Virus record (IMG/VR): IMGVR_UViG_3300021089_000001
Source: an uncultured virus (IMG/VR IMGVR_UViG_3300021089_000001)
Lineage: Duplodnaviria > Heunggongvirae > Uroviricota > Caudoviricetes
Direction: 5' to 3' (one strand)
DNA: 64,000 nt
In this document: positions 1 through 9,459 of the stretch, in pieces
Layout of the letters: the number at the start of each line of letters is the position of its first letter
Position numbering within the stretch: the stretch's first letter is position 1
Program-made: the position numbers and the translations under genes
Notes under the pieces: generated by a model
The model's input: only the letters and a program-made list of their open reading frames with translations
Database searches by the model: none
What the model was told of the DNA's origin: nothing

Positions 1-747
1 ATAAGATGGATATCAAAAGCCATTGACGCAATGGCGTCTGGTTTAGAAAAACTTACTAGAGGAGAATCATCATTAGGTTCATTGGCGGCTGGAATTATTG
101 GAGTAACTGTTGCCTTAGGATCATTAAAATTGGCGTCAATTGCCTTAAGAGCTTCGTTTGGATTAATGAGTAAAATACCTTTCTTAGGTGGTGCCGGCAA
201 GATGAAGGCGGCGAGTAAAGTCGCTGGTGGTGTTGGTGGTGTAGCGGCACTTAAAGGTGGAGCTATTCTTGGAGGAATAATGGCATTAGTTGGTGCTGGT
301 TTAGGTGCAGGTTTGTTTTTAGCTGGAAAAGGTTTAGGAGTAGTAGCTGAAAGTTTAGAAAAAGTTGTAAGTGTTGATCATAACAAATTTAATTCGCTAG
401 TAGAGAGTATTAAAGTATTATCTAATACAGATTTTAATGCCAATTTTGGAAAATTTTCAAGCAATATGGCTACCTTTGCATCTTCCATAGAAGACGCGAC
501 AAAAGGACTTGACACAGCTCCACTTATAGAGTATACTAAAAACTTAACGGACCTGAATAAGCAAACTTTGGAAGTCCAGAAAAATCTTGGAACTACAACA
601 GCAGGCACCGGGAAGGTTACAGGAGATAAGCTAGATTCGTTAAATAGTACTATGAATGAGATCTTAATGGTATTGACAGACAATACGAAGTATGCTAGAA
701 TTACTTCTAAGAAAGATTTTGAAGGCAATTTAATGAAAATAGTATAA
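1..747 (+). CDS. C-terminal part of a tape-measure/baseplate-hub-like protein (5' partial)
   Basis: Frame is open from position 1. Ala/Gly/Leu-rich amphipathic helices and a coiled-coil end; lies immediately upstream of the portal gene. Confidence 0.55.
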   Translation: MRWISKAIDAMASGLEKLTRGESSLGSLAAGIIGVTVALGSLKLASIALRASFGLMSKIPFLGGAGKMKAASKVAGGVGGVAALKGGAILGGIMALVGAGLGAGLFLAGKGLGVVAESLEKVVSVDHNKFNSLVESIKVLSNTDFNANFGKFSSNMATFASSIEDATKGLDTAPLIEYTKNLTDLNKQTLEVQKNLGTTTAGTGKVTGDKLDSLNSTMNEILMVLTDNTKYARITSKKDFEGNLMKIV

Positions 748-751
748 TCAT

Positions 752-2485
752 ATGAGTTGGAAAAAATATTTTACGCAAGTACCGGTTAGAAATTCACAAA
801 CAGGACAAATGAGTCCCGTTGGTAGTTCTTCAGGTATGCCTACTGGTCCAGCAAAAACTAATTATTCATCTTTTTTACCTGATGTTTATAGTGGTGCACC
901 TAATAGAATTGAAAGATACGGTCAATATAATGTAATGGATCTTGATTCTGAAGTTAATGCGGCTTTAGATATTTTAGCAGAATTTTGTTCACAATTAAAC
1001 AAATCTAATGACGTTCCTTTTATATTTCACTTTAAACAAAAAGCAACTAGCACAGAAATTCAAATTATAAAACAATACTTACAACAATGGTGTAAATTAA
1101 ACAACTTTAACAAAAGAATGTTTAAAATATTAAGAAATGTATTCAAATACGGTGATGCATTTTTTCTTAGAGACCCTGAAACTAAAAAATTGTTTCACGT
1201 TGACCCAGCAAAAGTTAGTAAAGTAATTGTAAATGAAAGTACAGGTAAAGAACCAGAACAATATATTGTTAGAGACATTAATTTTAATTTTAAACATTTA
1301 GTTGCTACTACACCTTTTCAAACTACAGGAAATATTACTGGGGGAGGTAGTGGATACTTAACAGGTGGCGTTAGAGGAATGGTAGGAGCAAACTTCCAAG
1401 ACTCTCCAGGAACAAGATTTGCTCATGGACAAAGAGAAATTGCTGTAGGTGCCGAACATATGTTACACTTATCATTAAGTGAAGGTTTAGATAATAACTT
1501 TCCATTTGGAAATAGCTTACTTGAATCAATTTTTAAAGTTTATAAACAAAAAGAATTACTAGAAGATGCAATTATAATTTATAGAGTACAGAGAGCACCG
1601 GAAAGACGGGTATTCTATATTGACGTAGGTAATATGCCAAGTCACCTTGCAATGCAATTCGTTGAAAGAGTTAAGACTGAAATTCATCAACGAAGAATTC
1701 CATCAGCAACAGGTGGCGGGCAGAACGTCATTGATAGTGCATACAATCCTTTATCGATAAATGAGGATTATTTCTTCCCACAAACAGCAGAAGGAAGAGG
1801 ATCTAAAGTAGAAACACTACCAGGTGGAACTAATTTAGGTGAAATAGACGATTTAAAATACTTTACAAACAAACTTGTAAGAGGTTTACGTATTCCTAGC
1901 TCATATTTGCCAACAGGTCCTGACGATAGTCAAGCACAACACAACGATGGCAGAGTAGGAACAGCATATATTCAAGAATTAAGATTTAACAAGTACTGTG
2001 AAAGACTACAAAACTTACTTGCTGAAGATTTTAATCAAGAATTTAAAAAATATCTATTAGAAAAAGGTGTTAACATAGATATTGCTATGTTTGATATTAA
2101 ATTTCAAAATCCTATAAATTTTGCAAGTTATAGACAAGCAGAAGTAGATAATAGTAGAATAGCAACGTATTCTCAGTTAGCAAGTATTCCTTTTATATCT
2201 AAAAGATATGCTTTAGCAAGATTTTTAGGTTTAACGCCAGAAGAAATGGCTGAAAATGAAAGATTATGGCGTGAAGAAAATGAATTAGACGCACAAATTA
2301 AACCAACATCTGCGGCAGGTGAATTAAGAACACAAGGAATTAGTACAGCAGGTATAGAACAGGATTTAGCAGGAGCAGAAGCAGAGGCTGAAGAACCAGC
2401 ACCTGAAGGAGGCGCTTCTCCAACACCTCAACAAGGTGGAGCACCAGTAACACCACCTGGCGGAACTCCGACGCCTGGCGCATAA
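752..2485 (+). CDS. gp20: Portal vertex protein (T4 gp20 family)
   Basis: Motifs LEDAIIIYRVQRAPERRVFYIDVGNMP, EDYFFP, GRGSKVETLPGG, ELRFNKY. Confidence 0.97.
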   Translation: MSWKKYFTQVPVRNSQTGQMSPVGSSSGMPTGPAKTNYSSFLPDVYSGAPNRIERYGQYNVMDLDSEVNAALDILAEFCSQLNKSNDVPFIFHFKQKATSTEIQIIKQYLQQWCKLNNFNKRMFKILRNVFKYGDAFFLRDPETKKLFHVDPAKVSKVIVNESTGKEPEQYIVRDINFNFKHLVATTPFQTTGNITGGGSGYLTGGVRGMVGANFQDSPGTRFAHGQREIAVGAEHMLHLSLSEGLDNNFPFGNSLLESIFKVYKQKELLEDAIIIYRVQRAPERRVFYIDVGNMPSHLAMQFVERVKTEIHQRRIPSATGGGQNVIDSAYNPLSINEDYFFPQTAEGRGSKVETLPGGTNLGEIDDLKYFTNKLVRGLRIPSSYLPTGPDDSQAQHNDGRVGTAYIQELRFNKYCERLQNLLAEDFNQEFKKYLLEKGVNIDIAMFDIKFQNPINFASYRQAEVDNSRIATYSQLASIPFISKRYALARFLGLTPEEMAENERLWREENELDAQIKPTSAAGELRTQGISTAGIEQDLAGAEAEAEEPAPEGGASPTPQQGGAPVTPPGGTPTPGA

Positions 2486-2488
2486 ATA
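2482..2488 (+). promoter_or_regulatory. T4-type late promoter motif ATAAATA
   Basis: 8 nt upstream of the ATG at 2497; the same motif recurs before most gene blocks. Confidence 0.55.
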
Positions 2489-2496
2489 TTGATACA

Positions 2497-2736
2497 ATGA
2501 TATTACGAGAGTTATTTTATTTTGATAAAGACACTATGCAACCTGTAGACAACAAAAGCTACGAGGTAGGAAGTGATGAGTCTGTAATGGGCATTGAAGA
2601 CACTAGAAAAACTAGACTTTCTTTACGTCAAATTAACAGAGCAAGAAAAGCCGGAGAGTTTCATAAAGAAGAACAAATGAAAGAGTTAGAACTTGTAAGA
2701 AATATGTACGGCGCCGCTAATCAACCAGAGATGTAA
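2497..2736 (+). CDS. Small head-module protein, probable prohead core/internal protein
   Basis: Position after the portal gene; N-terminus MILRELF resembles a capsid-targeting leader. Confidence 0.6.
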   Translation: MILRELFYFDKDTMQPVDNKSYEVGSDESVMGIEDTRKTRLSLRQINRARKAGEFHKEEQMKELELVRNMYGAANQPEM

Positions 2737-2739
2737 TCT

Positions 2740-3336
2740 ATGTCCGTTGCTTTTGTATTGGGCAATGGTATCAGTAGAAAAGTAATTCCACTAGAACCAT
2801 TAAAAAATAAAGGTAAAATATACGGCTGTAATGCCATATATAGAGATTATCCTGGCTTATGTGACCATATTGTTGCAGTAGACTCTAAAATGGTCTTTGA
2901 ACTAGTTGAAAATAACATTCCTAATAAAACTCCAGTATGGACAAACCCCAATAGATCATATAAAAAGTTTCAACACTTAAATTTCTTTGAACCTAGTTTA
3001 GGTTGGAGCTCTGGTCCTACTGCTTTACACTTGGCTAGTCTACATAGACACAACCTTATCTACATTTTAGGCTTTGACTTCATGGGTACACCTGAAGGTA
3101 AACATAATAATTTGTATTCAGATTCTAAAAATTATAAAAAAAGTTCTGATGTAGCAACCTACCATGGTAATTGGAATCGACAAACTTGTATCATCTTACA
3201 AAAAAATGCCGCGAAAACTTATATTCGTGTGGTTGCCGATCGGTCAGATCCTACATTTAAGGCTGTAGATCTTAAGAAATTTACAAATTATCATGAATTA
3301 AAAGTTTCTGAATTCAAACAAAGATACAATCTATAA
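2740..3336 (+). CDS. Maf/DUF115/Cst-like putative glycosyltransferase
   Basis: Motifs FVLGNGxSR, YGCNA, AVD, SSG..ALHLA and IYILGFDF resemble Cst/Maf-type GNGPS...IYLxGxDF. Confidence 0.55.
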   Translation: MSVAFVLGNGISRKVIPLEPLKNKGKIYGCNAIYRDYPGLCDHIVAVDSKMVFELVENNIPNKTPVWTNPNRSYKKFQHLNFFEPSLGWSSGPTALHLASLHRHNLIYILGFDFMGTPEGKHNNLYSDSKNYKKSSDVATYHGNWNRQTCIILQKNAAKTYIRVVADRSDPTFKAVDLKKFTNYHELKVSEFKQRYNL

Positions 3337-3394
3337 TTTTTGTTCAAAAAAGGGCCTGTTGGGCCTGTTTCGACTAAAAAATAACGATTTTGTG

Positions 3395-3400
3395 TAAATA
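3395..3400 (+). promoter_or_regulatory. Late promoter TAAATA of the core/gp21/gp22/gp23 operon
   Basis: Intergenic; followed by SD AGGAG and ATG 3442. Confidence 0.6.
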
Positions 3401-3441
3401 AATGGACGGACAGTCTAGAATACACTTAACAGGAGAAAAAA

Positions 3442-4527
3442 ATGTCAGATAAAAAAGAAAATACATCTGTAAAAGCTGAAGCTGTGGAAGGCCCTAGTAA
3501 ATTTGAGCAAATGCTTGAAAAACTAGTTGCTGATGACAGAACAGGCGCGGATGATCTATTCCACGAAATAGTGGTAGAAAAATCAAGAAGCATTTACGAA
3601 GACCTTTTGGAAGATGATCTTAAAGAAATTGAGACACCAGAGGCTAGTAAGGACGAAAAAACAGCTGAAGCTGTAACATCTGAAGATAAAAAAGAAGATG
3701 ACAAAGCAGAAGCTGATGAAGATACAAAAGAAGCTACAAAAGAAGACGACAAGGAAGAAAAAGTTGAAGAAGTTGCTAAAGAAGATGATAAAAAAGACGA
3801 AGTAACTAAAGAAACACTTGTTGACATACAGCCAGTTGAACAACCGGCTCCAGAAGTAGCAACAACACCAACTTCAGAAATAGGTATTGGCGGTGACGCA
3901 ACAGACGACATGGTCGGTGATATTGAAGTAGACGGTGACAAAGATAATGGCGACGAAGCGCCTTCAGGTGAAGAAGACCTAGAAGATCGTGTAGTTGACT
4001 TAGAAGATGCAATCGATGAGCTAAAAGCTGAATTTGACGCAATGATGTCAGATGGTGGCGATGATGCAGAAGCTCCAGCAGACGACGAAGCTGGTGATGA
4101 CGCAGAAGGCGACGACGATGCAGAGGGAGAAGCAGAAGCTACTTCCGAACTTGCAGGCAAAGAGCAAGAAATAGGACTACCTAAAGTAGAAAGTAAAACA
4201 GTTGAAGCAAAAGCTACAGCAACTCAATCACCTAGAGAGCAAATGAGAGAATATGTTAATAAAGTAACAGCATCTAATACAGATGGTACTGATAATAGCA
4301 AATCTCCAGTTAATGCAGACGGTGGTAAAGGTTCAACAGCAACAGCATCAGCGCCAAGTACTTCTACTAAAGAAGACTCAGGTAGTAAGGCACCTAAAGC
4401 AGGTGACTTATCTGGTGGAAATATAAACACACCAGGTTCTAGTGCAGGCTCTAAATTAAAACCAGCAAAGGCCAACAAAGCTGACGGAACTGATGGTTCT
4501 GCTAAGAAATCAGCTATTGGCAGTTAA
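3442..4527 (+). CDS. Highly acidic low-complexity prohead core-like protein
   Basis: D/E-rich sequence with a short coiled coil (LEDRVVDLEDAIDELKAEF); directly upstream of the prohead protease. Confidence 0.65.
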   Translation: MSDKKENTSVKAEAVEGPSKFEQMLEKLVADDRTGADDLFHEIVVEKSRSIYEDLLEDDLKEIETPEASKDEKTAEAVTSEDKKEDDKAEADEDTKEATKEDDKEEKVEEVAKEDDKKDEVTKETLVDIQPVEQPAPEVATTPTSEIGIGGDATDDMVGDIEVDGDKDNGDEAPSGEEDLEDRVVDLEDAIDELKAEFDAMMSDGGDDAEAPADDEAGDDAEGDDDAEGEAEATSELAGKEQEIGLPKVESKTVEAKATATQSPREQMREYVNKVTASNTDGTDNSKSPVNADGGKGSTATASAPSTSTKEDSGSKAPKAGDLSGGNINTPGSSAGSKLKPAKANKADGTDGSAKKSAIGS

Positions 4528-4557
4528 TAATAATAAGACAAGTAGGACATAGTATAG

Positions 4558-5190
4558 ATGATATCTTTACGTGAGACACTGACCTTCGACCAAGCTAAGA
4601 TTGTCGTTGAGTCCAAAGATGAAAAGAGCGGGAAGTCCTTATACATGAAGGGCATTTGTATCCAAGGTGGCGTTAAAAACGCTAACCAACGGGTATATCC
4701 TGTTAGTGAAATCCAACGGGCTGTCAGTACACTCAACGATCAAATAGAAGGTGGTTATTCAGTTCTAGGTGAAGTTGATCATCCTGAAGGTCTTACAATA
4801 AATTTGGACCGTGTGTCCCATATGTTATCAAGTATGTGGATGGACGGACCTAACGGATACGGAAAACTAAAAGTATTACCTACGCCGATGGGGAAACTAG
4901 TTGAAACAATGCTTAACAGCGGAGTTAAATTAGGAGTCTCATCGCGTGGTAGTGGTAATGTTCAAGAAGACGGCATGGGACCTTATGGTTCAGGTGAAGT
5001 TAAAGATTTTGAAATCATTACAGTTGATATCGTAGCTCAACCAAGTGCTCCGGGAGCCTATCCAACTCCCATTTATGAGCAATTATTGAATACTAGAGGT
5101 GGATATAAGGCTTTAAACATGGCAAAAGACAACGAGGCACAAAATTATTTAAAGGATTCGTTAATTAACATAATTAACAAACTCCAATAA
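4558..5190 (+). CDS. gp21: Prohead core protease (T4 gp21, peptidase S77-like)
   Basis: NQRVYP, LGEVDHP, GVSSRGSG, DIVAQPSAPGA. Confidence 0.96.
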   Translation: MISLRETLTFDQAKIVVESKDEKSGKSLYMKGICIQGGVKNANQRVYPVSEIQRAVSTLNDQIEGGYSVLGEVDHPEGLTINLDRVSHMLSSMWMDGPNGYGKLKVLPTPMGKLVETMLNSGVKLGVSSRGSGNVQEDGMGPYGSGEVKDFEIITVDIVAQPSAPGAYPTPIYEQLLNTRGGYKALNMAKDNEAQNYLKDSLINIINKLQ

Positions 5191-5205
5191 CATAAGGAGA
5201 AAATA

Positions 5206-6297
5206 ATGTTAGATGCACTAAAATCACTTTTTGAGAACGAAGCAATATCAAAAGAGATTAGAGCGGAAATAGAGTCAGCATGGGACAAAAAGATTGGTGA
5301 AAACCGTCTTGAAGTTACTGCGGAACTTAGAGAAGAGTTTGCAAAGAAGTATGAGCACGATAAAGCAACATTAACTGATGCTGTAAATGCCATGGTTCAA
5401 GAAAAACTTGAAAAAGAAATCTCAGAGTTCGCCGATGACCGTAAACAACTGGCAGAGCAAAAAGCCAAGTATGCGGTTCATATGAAAGAACATTCAGATA
5501 ATTTGAAAAAGTTTGTTTTCGAACAACTTAAATCTGAAATTGCTGAACTACACGAAGACCAAAAAGTTATGGCAGGTAATTTTGCTAAACTTGAGGATTT
5601 TGTGGTTGACGCTTTATCTAAAGAAATTGCGGAGTTCCACGAAGACAAGAAAGACGTTGCTGAAACAAAAGTACGTCTAATTCGTGAAGCAAAGGCACAT
5701 TTTGAAAAAGTAAGACAAAACTTTATTAAGAAAGGCGCTGAAAAAGTATCGGAAGTAGTTGGTAAACACTTGAAAAAAGAAATTTCCCAACTAAAAGACG
5801 ATATTGATGCATCACGTAAGAACGACTTTGGTCGTAGATTGTTTGAGGTTTATGCAGGAGAATATACTAATTCATTCTTGAATAGCAAATCTGAAACATC
5901 TAAACTTTTAAAAGTTGTAGATATAACAAAACAACAATTAGAAGACGCGAAGAAAACAGCCGGAGATAAAGAAAAGATTATCGAATCTAAACAATCAGAA
6001 ATCGATGGTCTTAAAAATAAGGCTGAAAGAGAATCTGTAGTTAATGAGTTAATTACACCATTAAACACAGAACAAAAAGAAATAATGACGAATTTACTGG
6101 AGAGCGTAGACACTGGAAAATTGCGTAAGCAATTTGACAAATATATGCCCGCTGTAATAAACGGTAGGACGCCAGCGAAAAAGGCAAGCTCAAGTATAGG
6201 CACAGAAATAACAGGCGATAAAATTGAAAATAACATTGGTAATGTGAGTCAATTCAATAGAAATATTGTAGATATAAAAAGACTCGCAGGAATCTAA
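5206..6297 (+). CDS. gp22: Prohead core scaffolding protein (gp22-like)
   Basis: Long coiled coil located between protease and capsid genes. Confidence 0.85.
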   Translation: MLDALKSLFENEAISKEIRAEIESAWDKKIGENRLEVTAELREEFAKKYEHDKATLTDAVNAMVQEKLEKEISEFADDRKQLAEQKAKYAVHMKEHSDNLKKFVFEQLKSEIAELHEDQKVMAGNFAKLEDFVVDALSKEIAEFHEDKKDVAETKVRLIREAKAHFEKVRQNFIKKGAEKVSEVVGKHLKKEISQLKDDIDASRKNDFGRRLFEVYAGEYTNSFLNSKSETSKLLKVVDITKQQLEDAKKTAGDKEKIIESKQSEIDGLKNKAERESVVNELITPLNTEQKEIMTNLLESVDTGKLRKQFDKYMPAVINGRTPAKKASSSIGTEITGDKIENNIGNVSQFNRNIVDIKRLAGI

Positions 6298-6314
6298 AAA
6301 GGAGAAAAAACACA

Positions 6315-7487
6315 ATGTCAGAACTAACAGAAACACGCTGGCAGGATACAAAGAGTGCGTTACTTGAAGGCCTAGCAGGCAATAAAAAGTCTGTAATGGA
6401 AGCAACCTTAGAAAATACTAGAAAGTATTTGGCAGAGGCGGCAACAGCTGGAGCAACTTCGGCTGGTAACGTAGCTACTTTAAACAGAGTGATCCTACCG
6501 GTAATTAGACGGGTTATGCCGACTGTAATAGCTAACGAATTGGTTGGAGTTCAACCGATGACTGGCCCAGTTGGTCAAATCCACACACTAAGAGTTAGAT
6601 ATGCTGATGCCAACGACGCAACAGGTGGCGACAATGACGTTACTGCAGGCGAAGAGGCATTATCACCATTCAAAATAGGTCAAGCCTATTCTGGAGACAA
6701 AACTGCTGGAAAAGGTGGCGGAACAGCCGGCTTAGAAGGTACAGGTGGTAACAGACTATCAATTCAAATCTTGAAACAGGTTGTAGAAGCCAAAACTAGA
6801 AAATTATCAGCTAGATGGACTTTTGAATCTGCTCAAGATGCTCAAGCACAGCAAGGTGTAGACGTAGAAGCAGAAATTATGGCGGCATTAGCCCAAGAAA
6901 TTACTGCTGAAATTGATCAAGAAGTAATTAATTCTTTAAGATCTCTAGCACCTACAGAAGAAGCATATGACCAAGCGGCGGTATCAGGAACTGCTACATT
7001 CGTTGGTGATGAACACGCGGCTTTGGCTGTAATGATTAACAGAGTAGCAAACAAGATAGCTCAACGTACAAGACGTGGTGCTGGTAACTGGACTGTAGTA
7101 AGCCCTCACGCTTTAACAGTTCTTCAATCAGCAACAACTTCAGCGTTCGCAAGAACAACTGAAGGAACTTTCGAAGCACCTACTAACCAAAAAATGGTTG
7201 GTACTTTAAATGGTTCAATGAAAGTGTACGCTGACACATACGCGGCTGACGGAACGGCTGTATTAGTAGGATATAAAGGCTCGTCTGAAGCAGACGCGGC
7301 GGCATTCTACTGCCCATACATACCGTTAATGTCAAGTGGTGTTGTTCTTGATCCAGGTACTTTCGAACCAGTTGTATCTTTTATGACTAGATACGGCTAC
7401 GTAGAATTGTCAAACACTGCATCATCTTTAGGTAATGCGGCTGACTACTTGGGAGAGATCTCTGTTGCGAACGTAACTTTTGCGTAA
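6315..7487 (+). CDS. gp23: Major capsid protein (T4 gp23 family)
   Basis: VGVQPMTGPVGQI, AKTRKLSARWT, EITAEID, FYCPYIPL, FMTRYG; putative gp21 cleavage site YLAE/A. Confidence 0.98.
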   Translation: MSELTETRWQDTKSALLEGLAGNKKSVMEATLENTRKYLAEAATAGATSAGNVATLNRVILPVIRRVMPTVIANELVGVQPMTGPVGQIHTLRVRYADANDATGGDNDVTAGEEALSPFKIGQAYSGDKTAGKGGGTAGLEGTGGNRLSIQILKQVVEAKTRKLSARWTFESAQDAQAQQGVDVEAEIMAALAQEITAEIDQEVINSLRSLAPTEEAYDQAAVSGTATFVGDEHAALAVMINRVANKIAQRTRRGAGNWTVVSPHALTVLQSATTSAFARTTEGTFEAPTNQKMVGTLNGSMKVYADTYAADGTAVLVGYKGSSEADAAAFYCPYIPLMSSGVVLDPGTFEPVVSFMTRYGYVELSNTASSLGNAADYLGEISVANVTFA

Positions 7488-7511
7488 TCAACGAGTAGAA
7501 CAGAATACGAG

Positions 7512-7539
7512 AAAAGGCGGCTTTCGGGTCGCCTTTTTT
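7512..7539 (+). terminator. Rho-independent terminator after the capsid gene
   Basis: AAAAGGCGGCT-TTCG-GGTCGCCTTTTTT stem with UUCG loop and U tract. Confidence 0.9.
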
Positions 7540-7711
7540 CACGATTAAACTACCTTACAACCTTTAATATCTATACACTTAATAAAACAAACCATTATTT
7601 TTGATGTCTGTCAAAAATGTATAGTTTTATCTTTCAGAATACCTTTACCTAAATAATGACACGTTCCCAAGTTTAGAGGAATGTAATTTAAATTTGTAAA
7701 GGAGGTCCACA

Positions 7712-7945
7712 ATGGATATTTTACAAAAAGTTAAAGGATGGGCAAAAGGAATTGCTGATGTTGGTGTATCTTTCATCGCATTAGGAATTGTTTTAGAAAT
7801 TCTTTTCAACGGTCAAGGTATTCCGTTCTGGCCAAATGTTTCTGTGATAGGAAATGTACAGGGCGTACTCTCTGGATTTAGTGATCAAGGATTACTAGGT
7901 TTAGTAGCGGTTTGGATACTATATCATATCTTCAATAGAAAATAA
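7712..7945 (+). CDS. Small membrane protein of unknown function
   Basis: Two hydrophobic segments; strong SD AGGAGG; upstream TAAATA at 7650-7655. Confidence 0.8.
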   Translation: MDILQKVKGWAKGIADVGVSFIALGIVLEILFNGQGIPFWPNVSVIGNVQGVLSGFSDQGLLGLVAVWILYHIFNRK

Positions 7946-7971
7946 TATAGATTTAGATAACTTAACCTAAT

Positions 7972-8000
7972 CTTGGGTGGTACTAATGGTGCCACCTAAG
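7972..8000 (+). terminator. Stem-loop downstream of the 77-aa gene (possible terminator)
   Basis: CTTGGGTGGTAC-TAATG-GTGCCACCTAAG inverted repeat with G-U pairs; no U tract. Confidence 0.5.
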
Positions 8001-8008
8001 CAATAACT

Positions 8009-8110
8009 ATGATTACTTTATTCATTTTATCAAAACTTGGAATTCAAATATCATTAATCGTAATACTCACCAACATATTCTCTAGCATATTAGGGTTTAC
8101 TTTTTGGTAA
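8009..8110 (+). CDS. Putative 33-aa hydrophobic peptide (not in ORF track)
   Basis: ATG..TAA reading MITLFILSKLGIQISLIVILTNIFSSILGFTFW fills the gap; no clear SD. Confidence 0.35.
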   Translation: MITLFILSKLGIQISLIVILTNIFSSILGFTFW

Positions 8111-8118
8111 ACCAAAAC

Positions 8119-8146
8119 TTGACTTTCTACCAAAATACGTTATAAT
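8119..8146 (+). promoter_or_regulatory. Sigma70-type (early) promoter, probably producing a leaderless mRNA
   Basis: TTGACT-N16-TATAAT, with the ATG 6 nt after the -10 box. Confidence 0.7.
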
Positions 8147-8152
8147 GTAAGT

Positions 8153-8344
8153 ATGAAAACAATAGCTATATTTTTTCTTTCGTTGTTTGTATTAACAGCT
8201 TGTTCAGTAAAAAATCCTGCATTAGATTTAGGTAAAAGATGTATGCAAAAAGGTGACCAAATTGTATATTCTTACCTTTGGGTTTATGACAAAGAAGCTG
8301 GAAATAAAGCAACAAAAGAAATGTGCGATCAAATCGCAGAATAA
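8153..8344 (+). CDS. Small lipoprotein
   Basis: MK + hydrophobic core + lipobox LTAC; two further Cys. Confidence 0.8.
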   Translation: MKTIAIFFLSLFVLTACSVKNPALDLGKRCMQKGDQIVYSYLWVYDKEAGNKATKEMCDQIAE

Positions 8345-8350
8345 ACATAA

Positions 8351-9154
8351 ATGGACTTACTCCAGCCGATCTTTGTCAACCAATCTGGTGAAACATATGA
8401 AGCTGGATTAGGCCCAGACAATTCAAGTTATAGTCTTAAAGACATTAACAACAGAATTCAAACAGACATAGACTCTGGTCTAGAAGATTTTCTATTATTC
8501 ATAACACCTAATAAAAAAACTTGGACACCTGATTGGAAATTCCAAGCAGAAGTTGTAAACAAAATTAAAACAAAATTCCCAAAAATACAATTAAGTGTAG
8601 ATGTATGTTTATGTTCAACACTACCAGATGGTCATTGTTGCGTATTAGATAAACCTGATACTAGTGAACAATTATTAGTAAGTTTAGGAAAACAATTAGA
8701 GTCTGCTGGAGCAGATGTTTTAGCACCAAGTGATATGGGAGAAAATACAGTTAAAAATCTTAAAGCAGAAACATCTAAATTAATAATGGCATATGTAAAA
8801 TGGAGAAGTGTATTTTATAGTACATTTAGAGATGTATCAGATAGTAAACCTTCTAGTGAAAGAACTTATCAATTAAATGTTAAAAATGAATGGGGTATGA
8901 CATCACGATCACATCAATATGTGGCCGATGGTGCAGATGCATTATTATTAAAACCTGCAAGTCATAGTATGGATATATTTGGATTAGTTAAAGCAGGAAC
9001 ATACAAACAAGTTGGACTATTTCAAGTATCAGATGAATATGTAGGACTACCTACCATTGCACATCAATTAGAAATTGCAACAATATACAAAAGGGCTGGT
9101 GCGTCCTTTTTAGTGACATATGGCGCTAGAAACCTGGTGAAAAAGCTGGTATAA
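8351..9154 (+). CDS. hemB: Porphobilinogen synthase (ALA dehydratase), N-terminally truncated Zn-type; auxiliary metabolic gene
   Basis: DLLQPIFV, DVCLCx7C (DVCLCSTLPDGHC), APSDM, MAYVK..VFY.TFRD, GADALLLKP, FQVSDEY. Confidence 0.88.
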   Translation: MDLLQPIFVNQSGETYEAGLGPDNSSYSLKDINNRIQTDIDSGLEDFLLFITPNKKTWTPDWKFQAEVVNKIKTKFPKIQLSVDVCLCSTLPDGHCCVLDKPDTSEQLLVSLGKQLESAGADVLAPSDMGENTVKNLKAETSKLIMAYVKWRSVFYSTFRDVSDSKPSSERTYQLNVKNEWGMTSRSHQYVADGADALLLKPASHSMDIFGLVKAGTYKQVGLFQVSDEYVGLPTIAHQLEIATIYKRAGASFLVTYGARNLVKKLV

Positions 9155-9177
9155 TTTCATTACTTGTAAATATTTGT

Positions 9178-9459
9178 ATGATAGAAATAGATTCAAATCA
9201 ATTGTATGATGAGTATTCAGAATACAGAAACAGACTAAAAGTTTGGAAGAGAAATCATGGCATTTTTATCAAAGATATTCAAAAATTAGAACGAACAGTA
9301 GATACATTATTAAATGAAAGATTAGATGAATTAATAATGTTAAGACAAACTAAAAGACAAATTTACCAAGAACGTGCTGATCTAAAACTACAACAAGCAA
9401 TTAATTCCTTAAAATATTTCAGTAAAATAGAGCTTTTGGCTTCCCTCTCAAAAGGATAA
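9178..9459 (+). CDS. Hypothetical helical protein
   Basis: Full ORF; TAAATA at 9167-9172 just upstream. Confidence 0.7.
   Translation: MIEIDSNQLYDEYSEYRNRLKVWKRNHGIFIKDIQKLERTVDTLLNERLDELIMLRQTKRQIYQERADLKLQQAINSLKYFSKIELLASLSKG

Noticed and set aside
3583..4478. Several minus-strand ORFs (86-188 aa, Ser- or Phe-rich) opposite the acidic core gene
   Set aside because: They are antisense shadows of a low-complexity, codon-biased gene and have no SD or promoter. The same applies to the many short antisense or out-of-frame ORFs inside fibre genes.
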